Source: Deltaproteobacteria bacterium (lineage in GTDB: Bacteria; Myxococcota; XYA12-FULL-58-9; JAFGEK01). Taken from it: a DNA stretch of 64,000 nt. Shown in pieces: positions 38,046 through 47,388 of the stretch. Made by a program: the position numbers and the translations under genes. Location: contig JAFGEK010000219.1 of assembly GCA_016931625.1 (NCBI GenBank), forward strand, positions 24,124 to 88,123, given 5' to 3'. Each line of letters opens with the position of its first letter. Positions within the stretch are counted from its first letter, which is position 1. The notes under the pieces were generated by a model. That model had not been told where the DNA came from. It searched no databases and saw only the letters and a list, made by a program, of their open reading frames with translations.

Positions 38046-38870
38046 ACGCATGCCCTTATCAATTCTCTCTACAACTAAAAAACCTTTAGTCTTTAATGCC
38101 TTAACTAACTCGGTTAAAGCGTCGTTGACTGTCTTACCTTGTAAAAAGATTGACATTCGCGCTTCTTGTTGATCGCATTTCATCTCCGGCATCATTAATA
38201 CTCGTGCATTACGTGCCGTTTGATTTAAAGCCATTGCAATATGACATACTGATACATTGGCAAAACCGTCTCGCGGGTTTGGCATTGAGCGCTTACCGGG
38301 ATAACCATCTCCATCTAAATCATAATGTAAATCACCTAACCAATTACCGTTAAAAAACTCTAGTTGCCAATTAACATAATCACGAGCATCGAGATTGGCT
38401 GCCATACCACCTACAAGTAAACTAAGTAGTTCAGCTCTACGGCCAGTCCGGTCATTTAAGTTAGGCGAATCAAGCATTGCATTCCAGCGTGCTACAAACC
38501 ATTCAATCAAATCTGCTGCTCCTTGAGCACGCACTTGTCTTAGTACCGCTGCATATCGCTTAGCTGCTTGGGTATGACGTTTGCGAATATCTGGATCAAG
38601 CTTACCAATATCATTATTTTCTTGCACCGCTGGATGCTTAATTGCCCATTGCAATTCACCAATTTTACGTTTTGCGTTTACTAATTCATTTTCTAAAGCG
38701 GCTATACGAGCTTTGGCTTCATCTGGACTTTCAGGCGCTAAAAACACTCCAATTAAAGCACCAACACTTATCAAAGCTGTTCCAATAATAAGCCTATTTA
38801 ATAACTGGCGTTTAGCAGGAGGTAATTGACCTGCAACTTTGCGATTAGGCTGGTTGTCAATCTCGTTCAT
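38004..38870 (-). CDS. Membrane-anchored hypothetical protein with coiled-coil
   Basis: 288-aa ORF. One TM segment (LIIGTALISVGALIGVFLA). Its 3' end overlaps the ccmH 3' end by 42 bp (convergent). Confidence 0.55.
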   Translation of the reverse strand: MNEIDNQPNRKVAGQLPPAKRQLLNRLIIGTALISVGALIGVFLAPESPDEAKARIAALENELVNAKRKIGELQWAIKHPAVQENNDIGKLDPDIRKRHTQAAKRYAAVLRQVRAQGAADLIEWFVARWNAMLDSPNLNDRTGRRAELLSLLVGGMAANLDARDYVNWQLEFFNGNWLGDLHYDLDGDGYPGKRSMPNPRDGFANVSVCHIAMALNQTARNARVLMMPEMKCDQQEARMSIFLQGKTVNDALTELVKALKTKGFLVVERIDKGMRLILVGPRKATSRF

Positions 38871-38889
38871 TTTTTTTACCGTATGATCG

Positions 38890-39861
38890 CTATGGTATTT
38901 GTGAGGTTGAATTTAACAATAATGGTGGATCCCCTTTGCGACCTACTTTAGTCCAAAGATCATGAGGTATTTCCCAACCATCCGGATTATCATCAACCTT
39001 CCAACGTCGATGCAACCATAGCCATTGCTCTGGCACTTTTCGTATCCAACCTTCAATTACACGATTTAAGCGTTCAGTGTTATAACGAATATTGTCAGCA
39101 TTCTCCTTATATGGTGTTTCAAGTATGAATGGTGGATCTACATGAAATAAATGATGTCCATTTTGATCAAGTCTTTCAATATGGCAAGTAATAATAGTAG
39201 CACCAGTCTCCATGGCAAATCGCACTGGAGCTGGTGAAGTTGCTGCTAAATGATTAAAGAAATCACACACAATAGCACGATGTCGCGCCATGTGTTGGTC
39301 AACAGCAAACGCAACTATTTCATTACGCGCTAAACTAGCACGAATTTCATTTTTTGAATTACGTGGTGCAATTTGACGAACTCCGGTACGATCACGAACC
39401 GCATACCAAAAATCTCGCGCCGGTTTCCAAGCAATATCTTTAAATACTACCGCCAACGGCAAACCCATTAAAGGGCCGCTACAAGCTAATAAATCAAAAC
39501 TACCAATATGAGCAGTAACACAGACAATACCTTTGCCACGCGCTAAACCAGCTTCAAGATGTTCAAAACCTTCTCGTTTAATTAATTGTTCAATCTGTTT
39601 GTCACTCAAATACGGAAGTCGCAAACTCTCAACCCCATACATTGCCCAATGACGAGTTGTTGCTCGCAAAATACGCTTTTGCGCTTTGGCATCAAGCGAA
39701 CCCTTAAAAACACGAGAAATATTCTGCCGCGCCACTTTAAGACGAATGGGAATGCCCCAATACCATAGCCAACTAAAAAATCGCCCAATCCTCAAAGACC
39801 AATTGAGGGGCAGCGCAGAAAATATGCGGCTTAAAAAAAGAACAATGGCTAAAACCTCCAC
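38890..39861 (-). CDS. Lysophospholipid/lipid A acyltransferase (LpxL/HtrB family)
   Basis: N-terminal anchor. TAHIGSFDL (HX4D-type acyltransferase motif) and PEQWLWLHRRWK (typical LpxL-family C-terminus). Confidence 0.85.
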   Translation of the reverse strand: MEVLAIVLFLSRIFSALPLNWSLRIGRFFSWLWYWGIPIRLKVARQNISRVFKGSLDAKAQKRILRATTRHWAMYGVESLRLPYLSDKQIEQLIKREGFEHLEAGLARGKGIVCVTAHIGSFDLLACSGPLMGLPLAVVFKDIAWKPARDFWYAVRDRTGVRQIAPRNSKNEIRASLARNEIVAFAVDQHMARHRAIVCDFFNHLAATSPAPVRFAMETGATIITCHIERLDQNGHHLFHVDPPFILETPYKENADNIRYNTERLNRVIEGWIRKVPEQWLWLHRRWKVDDNPDGWEIPHDLWTKVGRKGDPPLLLNSTSQIP

Positions 39862-40719
39862 TTTATAGAACTAATTTGGCTTTGCGATCGCATAAAGATC
39901 GTAATTATACAACTATGATAATTACGCTGAGGTTGTACAGATCTGTACTATAAAATTGAAGCAATAATCTAAATCAGTAATGAATTAGCGAGAACAATGA
40001 CCGCCTGGGCAATAAGATGACATAACAACATTTTCACATAAATGAATAAAAAGTGTATCCCATATAAGTTTTCACATTTCCCATCTCGGTTGCACGTTAT
40101 AGAAGATGTACAGCTTTTCCCAACTTATTAGCAAGTGCGTTATGAACTACCCGTATATAATCAATTAGTATTAGTTCGTTGGAATTACCTGTATCTACGA
40201 CAATAATATTGTTTGGTTGTGCAATTACCGTTTTTTCTGCAGCATAGCTGACTCTCACTGGCAATATGATTACTATAGAGTCATTTACAAAAGTCTTACA
40301 AAAGCTCATTATCGTCACTCCTACGAAAGTGGGATTCCATAACTAGCTGATATTGCATAACATTATGGATTCCCGCTTTCGAGACGTTATATTTGCTATA
40401 ATTAGAGCTATTTGCGATGCGGTAACAATACGATAATAATGAAGTAATGGAGCGATCGGAAAAAAAATACCCCAAAATTCTATCCTTTTTGGCCATAAAA
40501 TTACCCTACACATATGGCGGTTTTCACCCATCATGCAAAGCCCAACCTGAATGATTTCGATCACTTACGCTTGTGTACGCTAAAAAGTTAACAGCGCAAA
40601 TAGCTCAATTATTAATTGCATTGACTTTTGCAAGTGGCTCTATAGTAATAAAAAAAATATTGCACATAAGAATAAATGTTTTATTTTGCATACTATGCCC
40701 CTATTAATAATAATTGTAA

Positions 40720-41748
40720 TTATGGCGCGTTCATATGCATTTGCGGTGACCATCTACGGGTTTCGCCAGCAGTTAACGTTATAGTATATGCAACAGCCTG
40801 CCAACCATCACGCTGTGCTTGTAATTTATATTTACCCGCTGGCAATTCAATAATTAATGGTGTTGTACCATAAGTTTTACCATTAATTGTAATGTTCGCC
40901 CATGTGCTTGTTGAAATAATCTCGAGAACGGCTGAATTTTTATTAAGTGGAGTTTCTTTATTCTGATTATCTTTTAACTTATTTTTCTTAGGAACTTTCT
41001 TATTGTTAATGACAGATTCTTTGTTCGTAATAACTTTGCGATTAGCTCCTAGAGAAGTTGCTGGTTTAATAGCAGATGCAGGGATCACAGAGGTTTGTAC
41101 TGGCGGCATATAATTTACCGGTGCCCCAGCACTAGTTTCAACTGATTGAATTTTTATTGGCTGATTATCTGTTGCTATACCAAAATATAATTTATGCACT
41201 TCTTGCGAATTTTGAGGGAAATAATTCCAAGCTAAAAATATACTTATAGCCGCTAAAACAGCTATTGTCATACTAATGACAACTAAGACTTTACGCCTGA
41301 TGGGCAAAATTGCAGATTGCTGTTTAAGATAAGTCTTAGAAATTTTGTCGTTGTTTGTTTTTGGTTTAGCAATCTCTGTTGACGGAGTATTCTCATTTGC
41401 TACTAGTGATGAATTCTTTATATTGGGTAATTCTAAAGTAACTCTTTTATTAACACCTATGGCTGCTGAACCTTCTGGCCATAACTTTTGCATGAGTGAG
41501 CGTAAATCATAGTCATTAGGTTCTTTTGCGATGTTTAACAAAACAGCTTGCAGTTGTTTAGCAAGTTCATAAGCTGAAGCAGTACGCTTGAAAATATCAC
41601 GTTCAAGCGTTGCCATAATAATATCATCAAGCTCTTTAGATACATTAGGATTGTGTTTTGATGCAGGTTCAATTTTAGGCTCGGGACCAATCACTGCTAG
41701 TAAGGTTGCCGATTCATTTTGTCGTCTAAATCCCTGTATTGAAAGCAA
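40720..41748 (-). CDS. Ser/Thr protein kinase C-terminal remnant + TM + PEGA domain (catalytic core missing; possibly pseudogene)
   Basis: Only the terminal kinase subdomains are present (...NPNVSKELDDIIMATLERDIFKRTASAYELAKQL). A TM helix follows, then a C-terminal PEGA-like domain (ITINGKTYGTTPLIIELPAGKYKLQAQRDGW). TTG start. No GxGxxG, HRD or DFG motifs anywhere. Confidence 0.55.
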   Translation of the reverse strand: MLSIQGFRRQNESATLLAVIGPEPKIEPASKHNPNVSKELDDIIMATLERDIFKRTASAYELAKQLQAVLLNIAKEPNDYDLRSLMQKLWPEGSAAIGVNKRVTLELPNIKNSSLVANENTPSTEIAKPKTNNDKISKTYLKQQSAILPIRRKVLVVISMTIAVLAAISIFLAWNYFPQNSQEVHKLYFGIATDNQPIKIQSVETSAGAPVNYMPPVQTSVIPASAIKPATSLGANRKVITNKESVINNKKVPKKNKLKDNQNKETPLNKNSAVLEIISTSTWANITINGKTYGTTPLIIELPAGKYKLQAQRDGWQAVAYTITLTAGETRRWSPQMHMNAP

Positions 41749-42358
41749 TAGCTTTAATGAACGTAGCGAAAAATTAAAACACTTTGCTTCACTGATTGGA
41801 GCTGAAACTATAGTTGGTGTGCGTATTGAAAAAGCTCCTGACCATGATGCTTACATTGTAACTGAAGCTGCAGAAGTATCAGTCGGCACTAAGCATAACG
41901 GTGCTGCAATTAAATTAGTTGATGGTCAACCATCACCTAGTGCCCTTGCTGAGTTGTGGGAGGTGCTTTCAGGCTCACCAAATAAACTATTTGAGTTATC
42001 GCAAGCCAGAAGTCAATTAAATACATTGGCTGTAGTGCCAACCCCACCACCACCGCCGCCACGCTGGATGCGGCCAGCATCTTTTATCACTGGTGTGATC
42101 GCATTGGGTTTCGGTGGATTAATGGTCTATGAAGGAGTCAAAGCCCATAATGCAAATAAACGAGCTGATGCTGCACACACATCACAAGGCTCAATTGCTA
42201 TGGGTAGTAACGATACTTATGATAAGGCTATTAAAGATGCTGATGCTGCAAATCAAGCCATGCTCTATAGCGCTGGAGCAACTTTGCTTTTTGGCAGTGC
42301 TGCAGGGGTACTATGGTATTGGTCACGCGAGCCCAAGCCGTTTGTAGTAAGGTTTTAA
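41588..42358 (+). CDS. Hypothetical membrane protein (poly-Pro linker, 2 TM-like segments); true start uncertain
   Basis: The first ~55 codons of the ORF overlap the opposite-strand kinase remnant. The credible part starts around 41760-41820 (GTG at 41819 possible). Features include PTPPPPPPRW and GVIALGFGGLMVY. Confidence 0.4.
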   Translation: MKISRSSVAIIISSSSLDTLGLCFDAGSILGSGPITASKVADSFCRLNPCIESNSFNERSEKLKHFASLIGAETIVGVRIEKAPDHDAYIVTEAAEVSVGTKHNGAAIKLVDGQPSPSALAELWEVLSGSPNKLFELSQARSQLNTLAVVPTPPPPPPRWMRPASFITGVIALGFGGLMVYEGVKAHNANKRADAAHTSQGSIAMGSNDTYDKAIKDADAANQAMLYSAGATLLFGSAAGVLWYWSREPKPFVVRF

Positions 42359-43362
42359 TGAATCTGTACTGGTGACTTTCGACTGATCGTGGTTCCATCA
42401 CCTAACTCACCATAGGAGTTATCCCCCCAAGCCCAAAGAGTACCATCAGTTTTTATTGCTGCTGTATGGTTACCTCCAGCTGATATAGAGGTCCAGGTAT
42501 CAACGCCTATCTGTATTGGAGTATGGCTGTCGTTAGTCGTTCCGTTACCAAATTGACCTGCTTCGTTCCAACCCCAAGCCCAAAGAATACCTTTAGAATT
42601 GATTCCAACGGTGTAAAAATAGCTAGCAACTATGGTATCCCAAGTGTCCGTGCCAATCTTCACCGGAGCATTATGTCTATTTGTTGTACCATCACCGAGC
42701 TGGCCCATTGAGTTATCACCCCACGACCACAAAGTCCCGTTAGTATCAATCGCCGCTGTATGAGTGTGACCAGCGGTCACGGTGTTCCATAAATTGTTGC
42801 CGATTCGTGTCGGAGCATGGCGAAAAACATCATTTGAGCCAATACCAAGCTCACCCTCATTATTGTTTCCCCACGCCCATAGGGTTTTATCTTCTTTAAT
42901 TGCTGCCGTGTGAGCATAGCCAGCAGATACAATATTCCATACTTGTGTGCCTCCAATCTGTATGGGAGTAGGGGAATTATTTGTTGTTCCGTCACCGAGC
43001 TGACCATAAAGGTTTTCTCCCCATGCCCATAAAGTCTTATCAGCATTAATGGTCATGCTATGATGATTGCCACCCGCTACAGCAAGTCCTATCATTGCAC
43101 AGCTTACAAAAATGTTCATAATATCTCCATCTGCGATAGTGCCTGTACCATTAGTAACGGCACAGATCTGTTCTGGGCTATTTGGTCGGTTGCTCTGCAA
43201 CCGTGATCTCGTACCATGCACCGAAGGAGAGGGAGGCCTCATCAATAAGTATCTCGACGGGATCACTGTTGTTACTTGTTGGTACCGCCACAATTTTATG
43301 TGGCGTTCATTGTGTATCTGATAATACGAGTCCACTACCTGTAAGACCAGTAACCCGTACAC
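42355..43362 (-). CDS. RCC1-repeat (beta-propeller) protein; 3' fragment of a disrupted Ig-like-repeat/RCC1 gene
   Basis: Six or more repeats of the W(A/S)WG.N..GQLGDGTT type. The first ~60 codons of this ORF are an out-of-frame read of the upstream repeat domain. The real in-frame part begins about 43179. Confidence 0.7.
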   Translation of the reverse strand: MYGLLVLQVVDSYYQIHNERHIKLWRYQQVTTVIPSRYLLMRPPSPSVHGTRSRLQSNRPNSPEQICAVTNGTGTIADGDIMNIFVSCAMIGLAVAGGNHHSMTINADKTLWAWGENLYGQLGDGTTNNSPTPIQIGGTQVWNIVSAGYAHTAAIKEDKTLWAWGNNNEGELGIGSNDVFRHAPTRIGNNLWNTVTAGHTHTAAIDTNGTLWSWGDNSMGQLGDGTTNRHNAPVKIGTDTWDTIVASYFYTVGINSKGILWAWGWNEAGQFGNGTTNDSHTPIQIGVDTWTSISAGGNHTAAIKTDGTLWAWGDNSYGELGDGTTISRKSPVQIH

Positions 43363-44509
43363 TTAAGCTGTATGCTGTTTTTGAGCAGTTAACCGATATA
43401 TCTGAGATGTCTTCGCTGGCAATAGTGCCTGTACCATTAGATACAGAGCAAATTAGCCCATTAGGTTGACCGCTTGTATTTACCGAATAATCTTCACCAC
43501 TAGTCACAAGACTCTTAAACTGAAAACTTGTTTTACCTGAGTCTACCACAAACACAGCAGTCGCATCATTTAGAGAAAGAACTAAACCAGAACTTGTGGC
43601 ATCATATCCAGATATGGTCCCACCAACTTTGTACTGGTTAGTAATGCAGTCTACATAAACAGTTGCATCAACCCCAGCAATTTTACCAGTCCCATTAGTT
43701 ACCGTGCAGGTTTGACAGGGGTTAATCGGCTGTGACTTTACAGTGACTTCATATGCAATACCGCTGTCACTAAGGGGTACAAGCGTTGAAACCATTGCCT
43801 CTTGCTTAACGCTCCGATCAGGTTGGCCGCTTATTGCCAGAACTAAACCAGAGCCCTTTAAGCCACTAATATTAGCTTTAACCGCATATTGATTGGTAGT
43901 GCAGGCGACATTAACAGTAGTATCAGCTAGCAATGCACCACTGCCATTATCTATGGTGCAAGTCTGCCAAGGATCTGTGGGTTGAGCTAAAATATCAATA
44001 AGATAAGAAGCGCCAGAGGCAATTGGCCCTGACACCATAACCGTACCATTAGTATCGATATTAACTGTTTTATAAGTGCTCTGTATTTCACCTAATACTA
44101 AACCACTACCAACTAAGCCGGTAACAGTAGCGCTCACTTGATAAGTAATATCAGAACAGGTGATCACAATATCAGAGACATCATTACCAAAAATTACCCC
44201 TTGCCCATTAGAGACGGTGCACGTCTGCGCAGGCATTTTTGGCTGCGTTTTTACCGTTACGTTATAAGAGTAACCATCGGGCGCTTTAACTAACGGATGC
44301 GTGCCATCTTTTAATATCGCCAGGTTGGCAGTACCATTTTCTTGTAGGACTAAACCAGAACCATTAAGCCCTGTAACAGTTACTTCAATTTTATAATAAA
44401 CAGTGTGATCTGGTTGAAAACATCCGGTACTAACACCTAAAAATAAAACCACAAAAATCTTTATTGCGAGCGACCAACGCGCGCTGAAAATAAAAAAACG
44501 ACTAAACAT
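43307..44509 (-). CDS. Secreted protein with ~5 tandem Ig-like repeats; 5' fragment of the same disrupted gene
   Basis: Signal peptide present. The repeats follow Y.V..TVTGL.GSGLVL...(Y.V)..QP....C(T/S)V.NG.G.I...DV..I.V.C. The ORF ends at a TGA in the middle of a repeat. Confidence 0.7.
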   Translation of the reverse strand: MFSRFFIFSARWSLAIKIFVVLFLGVSTGCFQPDHTVYYKIEVTVTGLNGSGLVLQENGTANLAILKDGTHPLVKAPDGYSYNVTVKTQPKMPAQTCTVSNGQGVIFGNDVSDIVITCSDITYQVSATVTGLVGSGLVLGEIQSTYKTVNIDTNGTVMVSGPIASGASYLIDILAQPTDPWQTCTIDNGSGALLADTTVNVACTTNQYAVKANISGLKGSGLVLAISGQPDRSVKQEAMVSTLVPLSDSGIAYEVTVKSQPINPCQTCTVTNGTGKIAGVDATVYVDCITNQYKVGGTISGYDATSSGLVLSLNDATAVFVVDSGKTSFQFKSLVTSGEDYSVNTSGQPNGLICSVSNGTGTIASEDISDISVNCSKTAYSLSVRVTGLTGSGLVLSDTQ

Positions 44510-44618
44510 TTCAACCCCCTAAATTAATTGCAAAAGCGAAGAACTATTTTGTGATATTGTACGCAATTCGTCAAGCCGAATTAGAGACGAGCCCTAATTA
44601 ATTTGGAGTAACAAGCAT

Positions 44619-45350
44619 ATGCTCTCAAATATTCCACGTATAGGCATTACCTGCGATTTTGATACTGCTTTGAATAAACATGGTTTACCATCACCCCAAT
44701 ACACTTTATCTGAAGATTATGTTAATGCGGTTTTGGCTTCCGGCGGTGAACCTTGGTTATTACCGCATTTACCTATCGATCACGCAGAAAAAGTAGTTGA
44801 GCAACTTGATGGTCTTATAATTTCTGGAGGATTTTTCGATGTACCTCCTTCTTTCTATGGCGAAGCCATTAGACGAGTTGATGGTATTCGCGAAGTTCGC
44901 AGTGCTTTTGAGCGAGCCTTGATCCTACAAGCACGTAAAATTCTGTTGCCACTGCTCGGTATTTGCGGCGGGATGCAAATTATTAATGTTGCACTGGGGG
45001 GAACACTTTACCAAGACGACTCAGAAAGACCTGACACTCAAGAACATGAACAACCTCGCCCTAAAACCTACACTTATCACAATATAAATATTAGCGAAAA
45101 AAGTCGCTTAGCAAAAGTAGTGCAAACTTTAGAACTCGAGGTCAATAGTACTCACCATCAAATGGTACGTAATCTCGGCAGCGATCTTCACGTCAGTGCC
45201 GTTGCTCCTGATGGGGTAATAGAAGCAATCGAAACTAATGATTCCCACTTTTTGTTAGGGGTACAGTGGCATCCCGAAGCTTTATTAAAAAACCAAAAGC
45301 AGCTTGCTATCTACCAAGGGTTAATTAGCGCAGCTCGTGAACGTGGCTAA
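44619..45350 (+). CDS. Class I glutamine amidotransferase, gamma-glutamyl-GABA hydrolase (PuuD/peptidase C26)-like
   Basis: GICGGMQIINVALGGTLYQD (nucleophile Cys) and VNSTHHQ ... VQWHPE. Confidence 0.85.
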   Translation: MLSNIPRIGITCDFDTALNKHGLPSPQYTLSEDYVNAVLASGGEPWLLPHLPIDHAEKVVEQLDGLIISGGFFDVPPSFYGEAIRRVDGIREVRSAFERALILQARKILLPLLGICGGMQIINVALGGTLYQDDSERPDTQEHEQPRPKTYTYHNINISEKSRLAKVVQTLELEVNSTHHQMVRNLGSDLHVSAVAPDGVIEAIETNDSHFLLGVQWHPEALLKNQKQLAIYQGLISAARERG

Positions 45351-45352
45351 AT

Positions 45353-46702
45353 TTATACATTTGCAGGTGCCGCATTATCAAAACGCGTATATTCTTTAAA
45401 GAAGCGCAGTTTTACTATATCAGTTGGGCCATTACGCTGTTTACCAACAATGATCTCGGCAATACCTTTATCGGCGCTTTCAGTGTTGTAATACTCATCA
45501 CGATATACAAAACAAATAACGTCTGCGTCTTGTTCAATGGCGCCTGATTCTCTTAAATCTGAAAGCATTGGGTGTTTATCTTGCCTTTGTTCAAGCGATC
45601 GATTTAGCTGCGAAAGTGCAACAACTGGTACCGCAAGCTCTTTGGCCAATGCTTTTAAACCACGTGATATTTCTGAAATCTCCCGCTCTCGTCCTTCATT
45701 TCCAGCACGGCCACGCATAAGCTGCAAATAATCTACAATAATTAATCCTAAACCTTTTTCAGCCTGCAGGCGCCGGGCCTTGGCGCGCATTTCTAAAATA
45801 CCAATCGCACCGGTGTCATCAAGGTATACTGGAGCTTCTGCAAGTATACCTGCAGCTTTAGCAAGTTTTGGCCAATCACTATCTTTTAAGAAACCTCCAC
45901 GTAGCCGTTGACTATCTATTCTGGCCTCTGCACAAAGCATACGCATAACCAGTTGCTCTTTTGACATTTCTAATGAAAATATTGCAACCGGTGTTTGGGC
46001 ACGCACTGCAGCATTTAAACCTACATTTAATGCAAATGCCGTTTTACCCATTGAAGGTCGTCCAGCTATGATTATCAAATCAGATGGCTGAAAACCAGAA
46101 GTAACTCGGTCAAGATCAACAAAGCCTGTGGGAATACCAGTAACCGCCTCTTTGCGTTCATAAAGCGTTTCAATGTGTTTAAAAGCTGTCTTTACCGCTT
46201 CTTTTAACGGGGTAAACCCACGGTGCTCACGCGCTCTGGTAATTTCGAATATTTTGGCTTCAGCTTGATCCAGTAAAAGCTCTATTTCACCGCCTTCATA
46301 ACCTTGGCCAGCTATCGCAGTCGCTGCCGTAATTAAACGCCGCGATAATGAATTATCACGTACGATATTTGCATAATGAATAGCATTAGCTGCGGTTGGG
46401 ACACTTTCGGTTAATGCTGCAACATAGCTTGCACCGCCAGCAACATCGAGTTGCGCCATATGGCGAAGTTGCGCAATAGTGGTTACTTCATCAATAGGTT
46501 CATTACGTTCAAATAATGCCTGCATTGCTTCGAAAATTCGCGCATGATTGACTCGATAAAAATCATCAGCCGTCACTAACGATATAACTTCACTAGCCGC
46601 GCCGCCATCGAGCATCATTGCACCAAGTACACTACGTTCGGCGTCGAGATCTTGTGGTGGTAGACGTCCTACCCGTTCAAGCTTGTTTTCCTCTGCGGTC
46701 AT
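45353..46702 (-). CDS. dnaB: Replicative DNA helicase DnaB
   Basis: PPQDLDAERSVLGAML, Walker A GRPSMGKTAF and IIVDYLQLM. 449 aa with no intein. Confidence 0.97.
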   Translation of the reverse strand: MTAEENKLERVGRLPPQDLDAERSVLGAMMLDGGAASEVISLVTADDFYRVNHARIFEAMQALFERNEPIDEVTTIAQLRHMAQLDVAGGASYVAALTESVPTAANAIHYANIVRDNSLSRRLITAATAIAGQGYEGGEIELLLDQAEAKIFEITRAREHRGFTPLKEAVKTAFKHIETLYERKEAVTGIPTGFVDLDRVTSGFQPSDLIIIAGRPSMGKTAFALNVGLNAAVRAQTPVAIFSLEMSKEQLVMRMLCAEARIDSQRLRGGFLKDSDWPKLAKAAGILAEAPVYLDDTGAIGILEMRAKARRLQAEKGLGLIIVDYLQLMRGRAGNEGREREISEISRGLKALAKELAVPVVALSQLNRSLEQRQDKHPMLSDLRESGAIEQDADVICFVYRDEYYNTESADKGIAEIIVGKQRNGPTDIVKLRFFKEYTRFDNAAPANV

Positions 46703-46738
46703 AAATTCTACTCACCCAATTATACCGTCATTTATTTT

Positions 46739-47095
46739 TTAACAACCCGCATAAGTAGTACTATTATGCCCCCAATTTTTACCTTCAATATTCATCATAA
46801 TTATTGATACTCGCTCTCCATTTATATTTAATGTTTTTTGCAATAAACTGCAGAGTTTTTCAGATAATTCATGATTAACTTCAGCAGTTAATCCGCCAAT
46901 ACTTCGTACTTCTATAAAAGCAGCAGGGCCGGGTTTTCCGGCCCTAAAAATAGTCACGCCATCACGTACAATTGCCATTTGATAATTTTCTGATTTACCA
47001 ATGGTTTCAGCGCATAGCTTTGATAACTGGGCGCAAAGAGATTCTTGTTGTTCTTTAGTTAATGTCTCAGTAGTCTCAAGACGAATACACGGCAT
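46739..47095 (-). CDS. MIF/tautomerase-superfamily protein (Pro-1 enzyme)
   Basis: 118 aa starting MPCIRLETT (Pro at position 2, which is catalytic Pro-1 after Met removal). MIF-like length. Confidence 0.65.
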   Translation of the reverse strand: MPCIRLETTETLTKEQQESLCAQLSKLCAETIGKSENYQMAIVRDGVTIFRAGKPGPAAFIEVRSIGGLTAEVNHELSEKLCSLLQKTLNINGERVSIIMMNIEGKNWGHNSTTYAGC

Positions 47096-47097
47096 AA

Positions 47098-47388
47098 CTA
47101 ATCTCCTTTTTTGGCCTTAGCGTAATAATATTTTGCTAGAAGTAAATGAACGTAGCTAGCATATCCATATTCATATGGTTTGTCATCAAGTGTAGTTTGT
47201 ATTTTTATAGTTTCTAATAGTTTTGCCAAAAAGACTTTCTCATTTCTTTGCTCTAATGCTGCTTCAGCTTCGTTTATTAGTTCTTTTGCTTCTCCATAGC
47301 CGTTAGCTGAAACACTCTGACTAAAAATAGGTACAACAAAAGATAAAATAACTACAATAAATATATTCTTTCGTTGTATGTATCGCAT
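47098..47388 (-). CDS. Small secreted hypothetical protein
   Basis: 96 aa. Signal peptide (IFIVVILSFVVPIFSQSVSA). Its stop is 2 nt before the MIF-like start. Confidence 0.45.
   Translation of the reverse strand: MRYIQRKNIFIVVILSFVVPIFSQSVSANGYGEAKELINEAEAALEQRNEKVFLAKLLETIKIQTTLDDKPYEYGYASYVHLLLAKYYYAKAKKGD

Noticed and set aside
41749-42360. Possibility that the missing kinase catalytic domain continues upstream under the plus-strand ORF with frameshifts
   Set aside because: I translated the minus strand in this interval. Only ~30 weakly kinase-like codons remain before a stop at 41851-41853, and no HRD, DFG, VAIK or GxGxxG motif appears in any frame.
43178-43309. TGA/TAG reassignment (alternative genetic code) or selenocysteine to explain the in-frame stops in the Ig-like/RCC1 gene
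   Set aside because: All other long ORFs in the window are intact under the standard code. TGA clearly terminates other genes, for example the AbrB antitoxin at 23584-23586 and the permease at 56616-56618. No SECIS-like hairpin was noted. A pseudogene or sequence error is more parsimonious.
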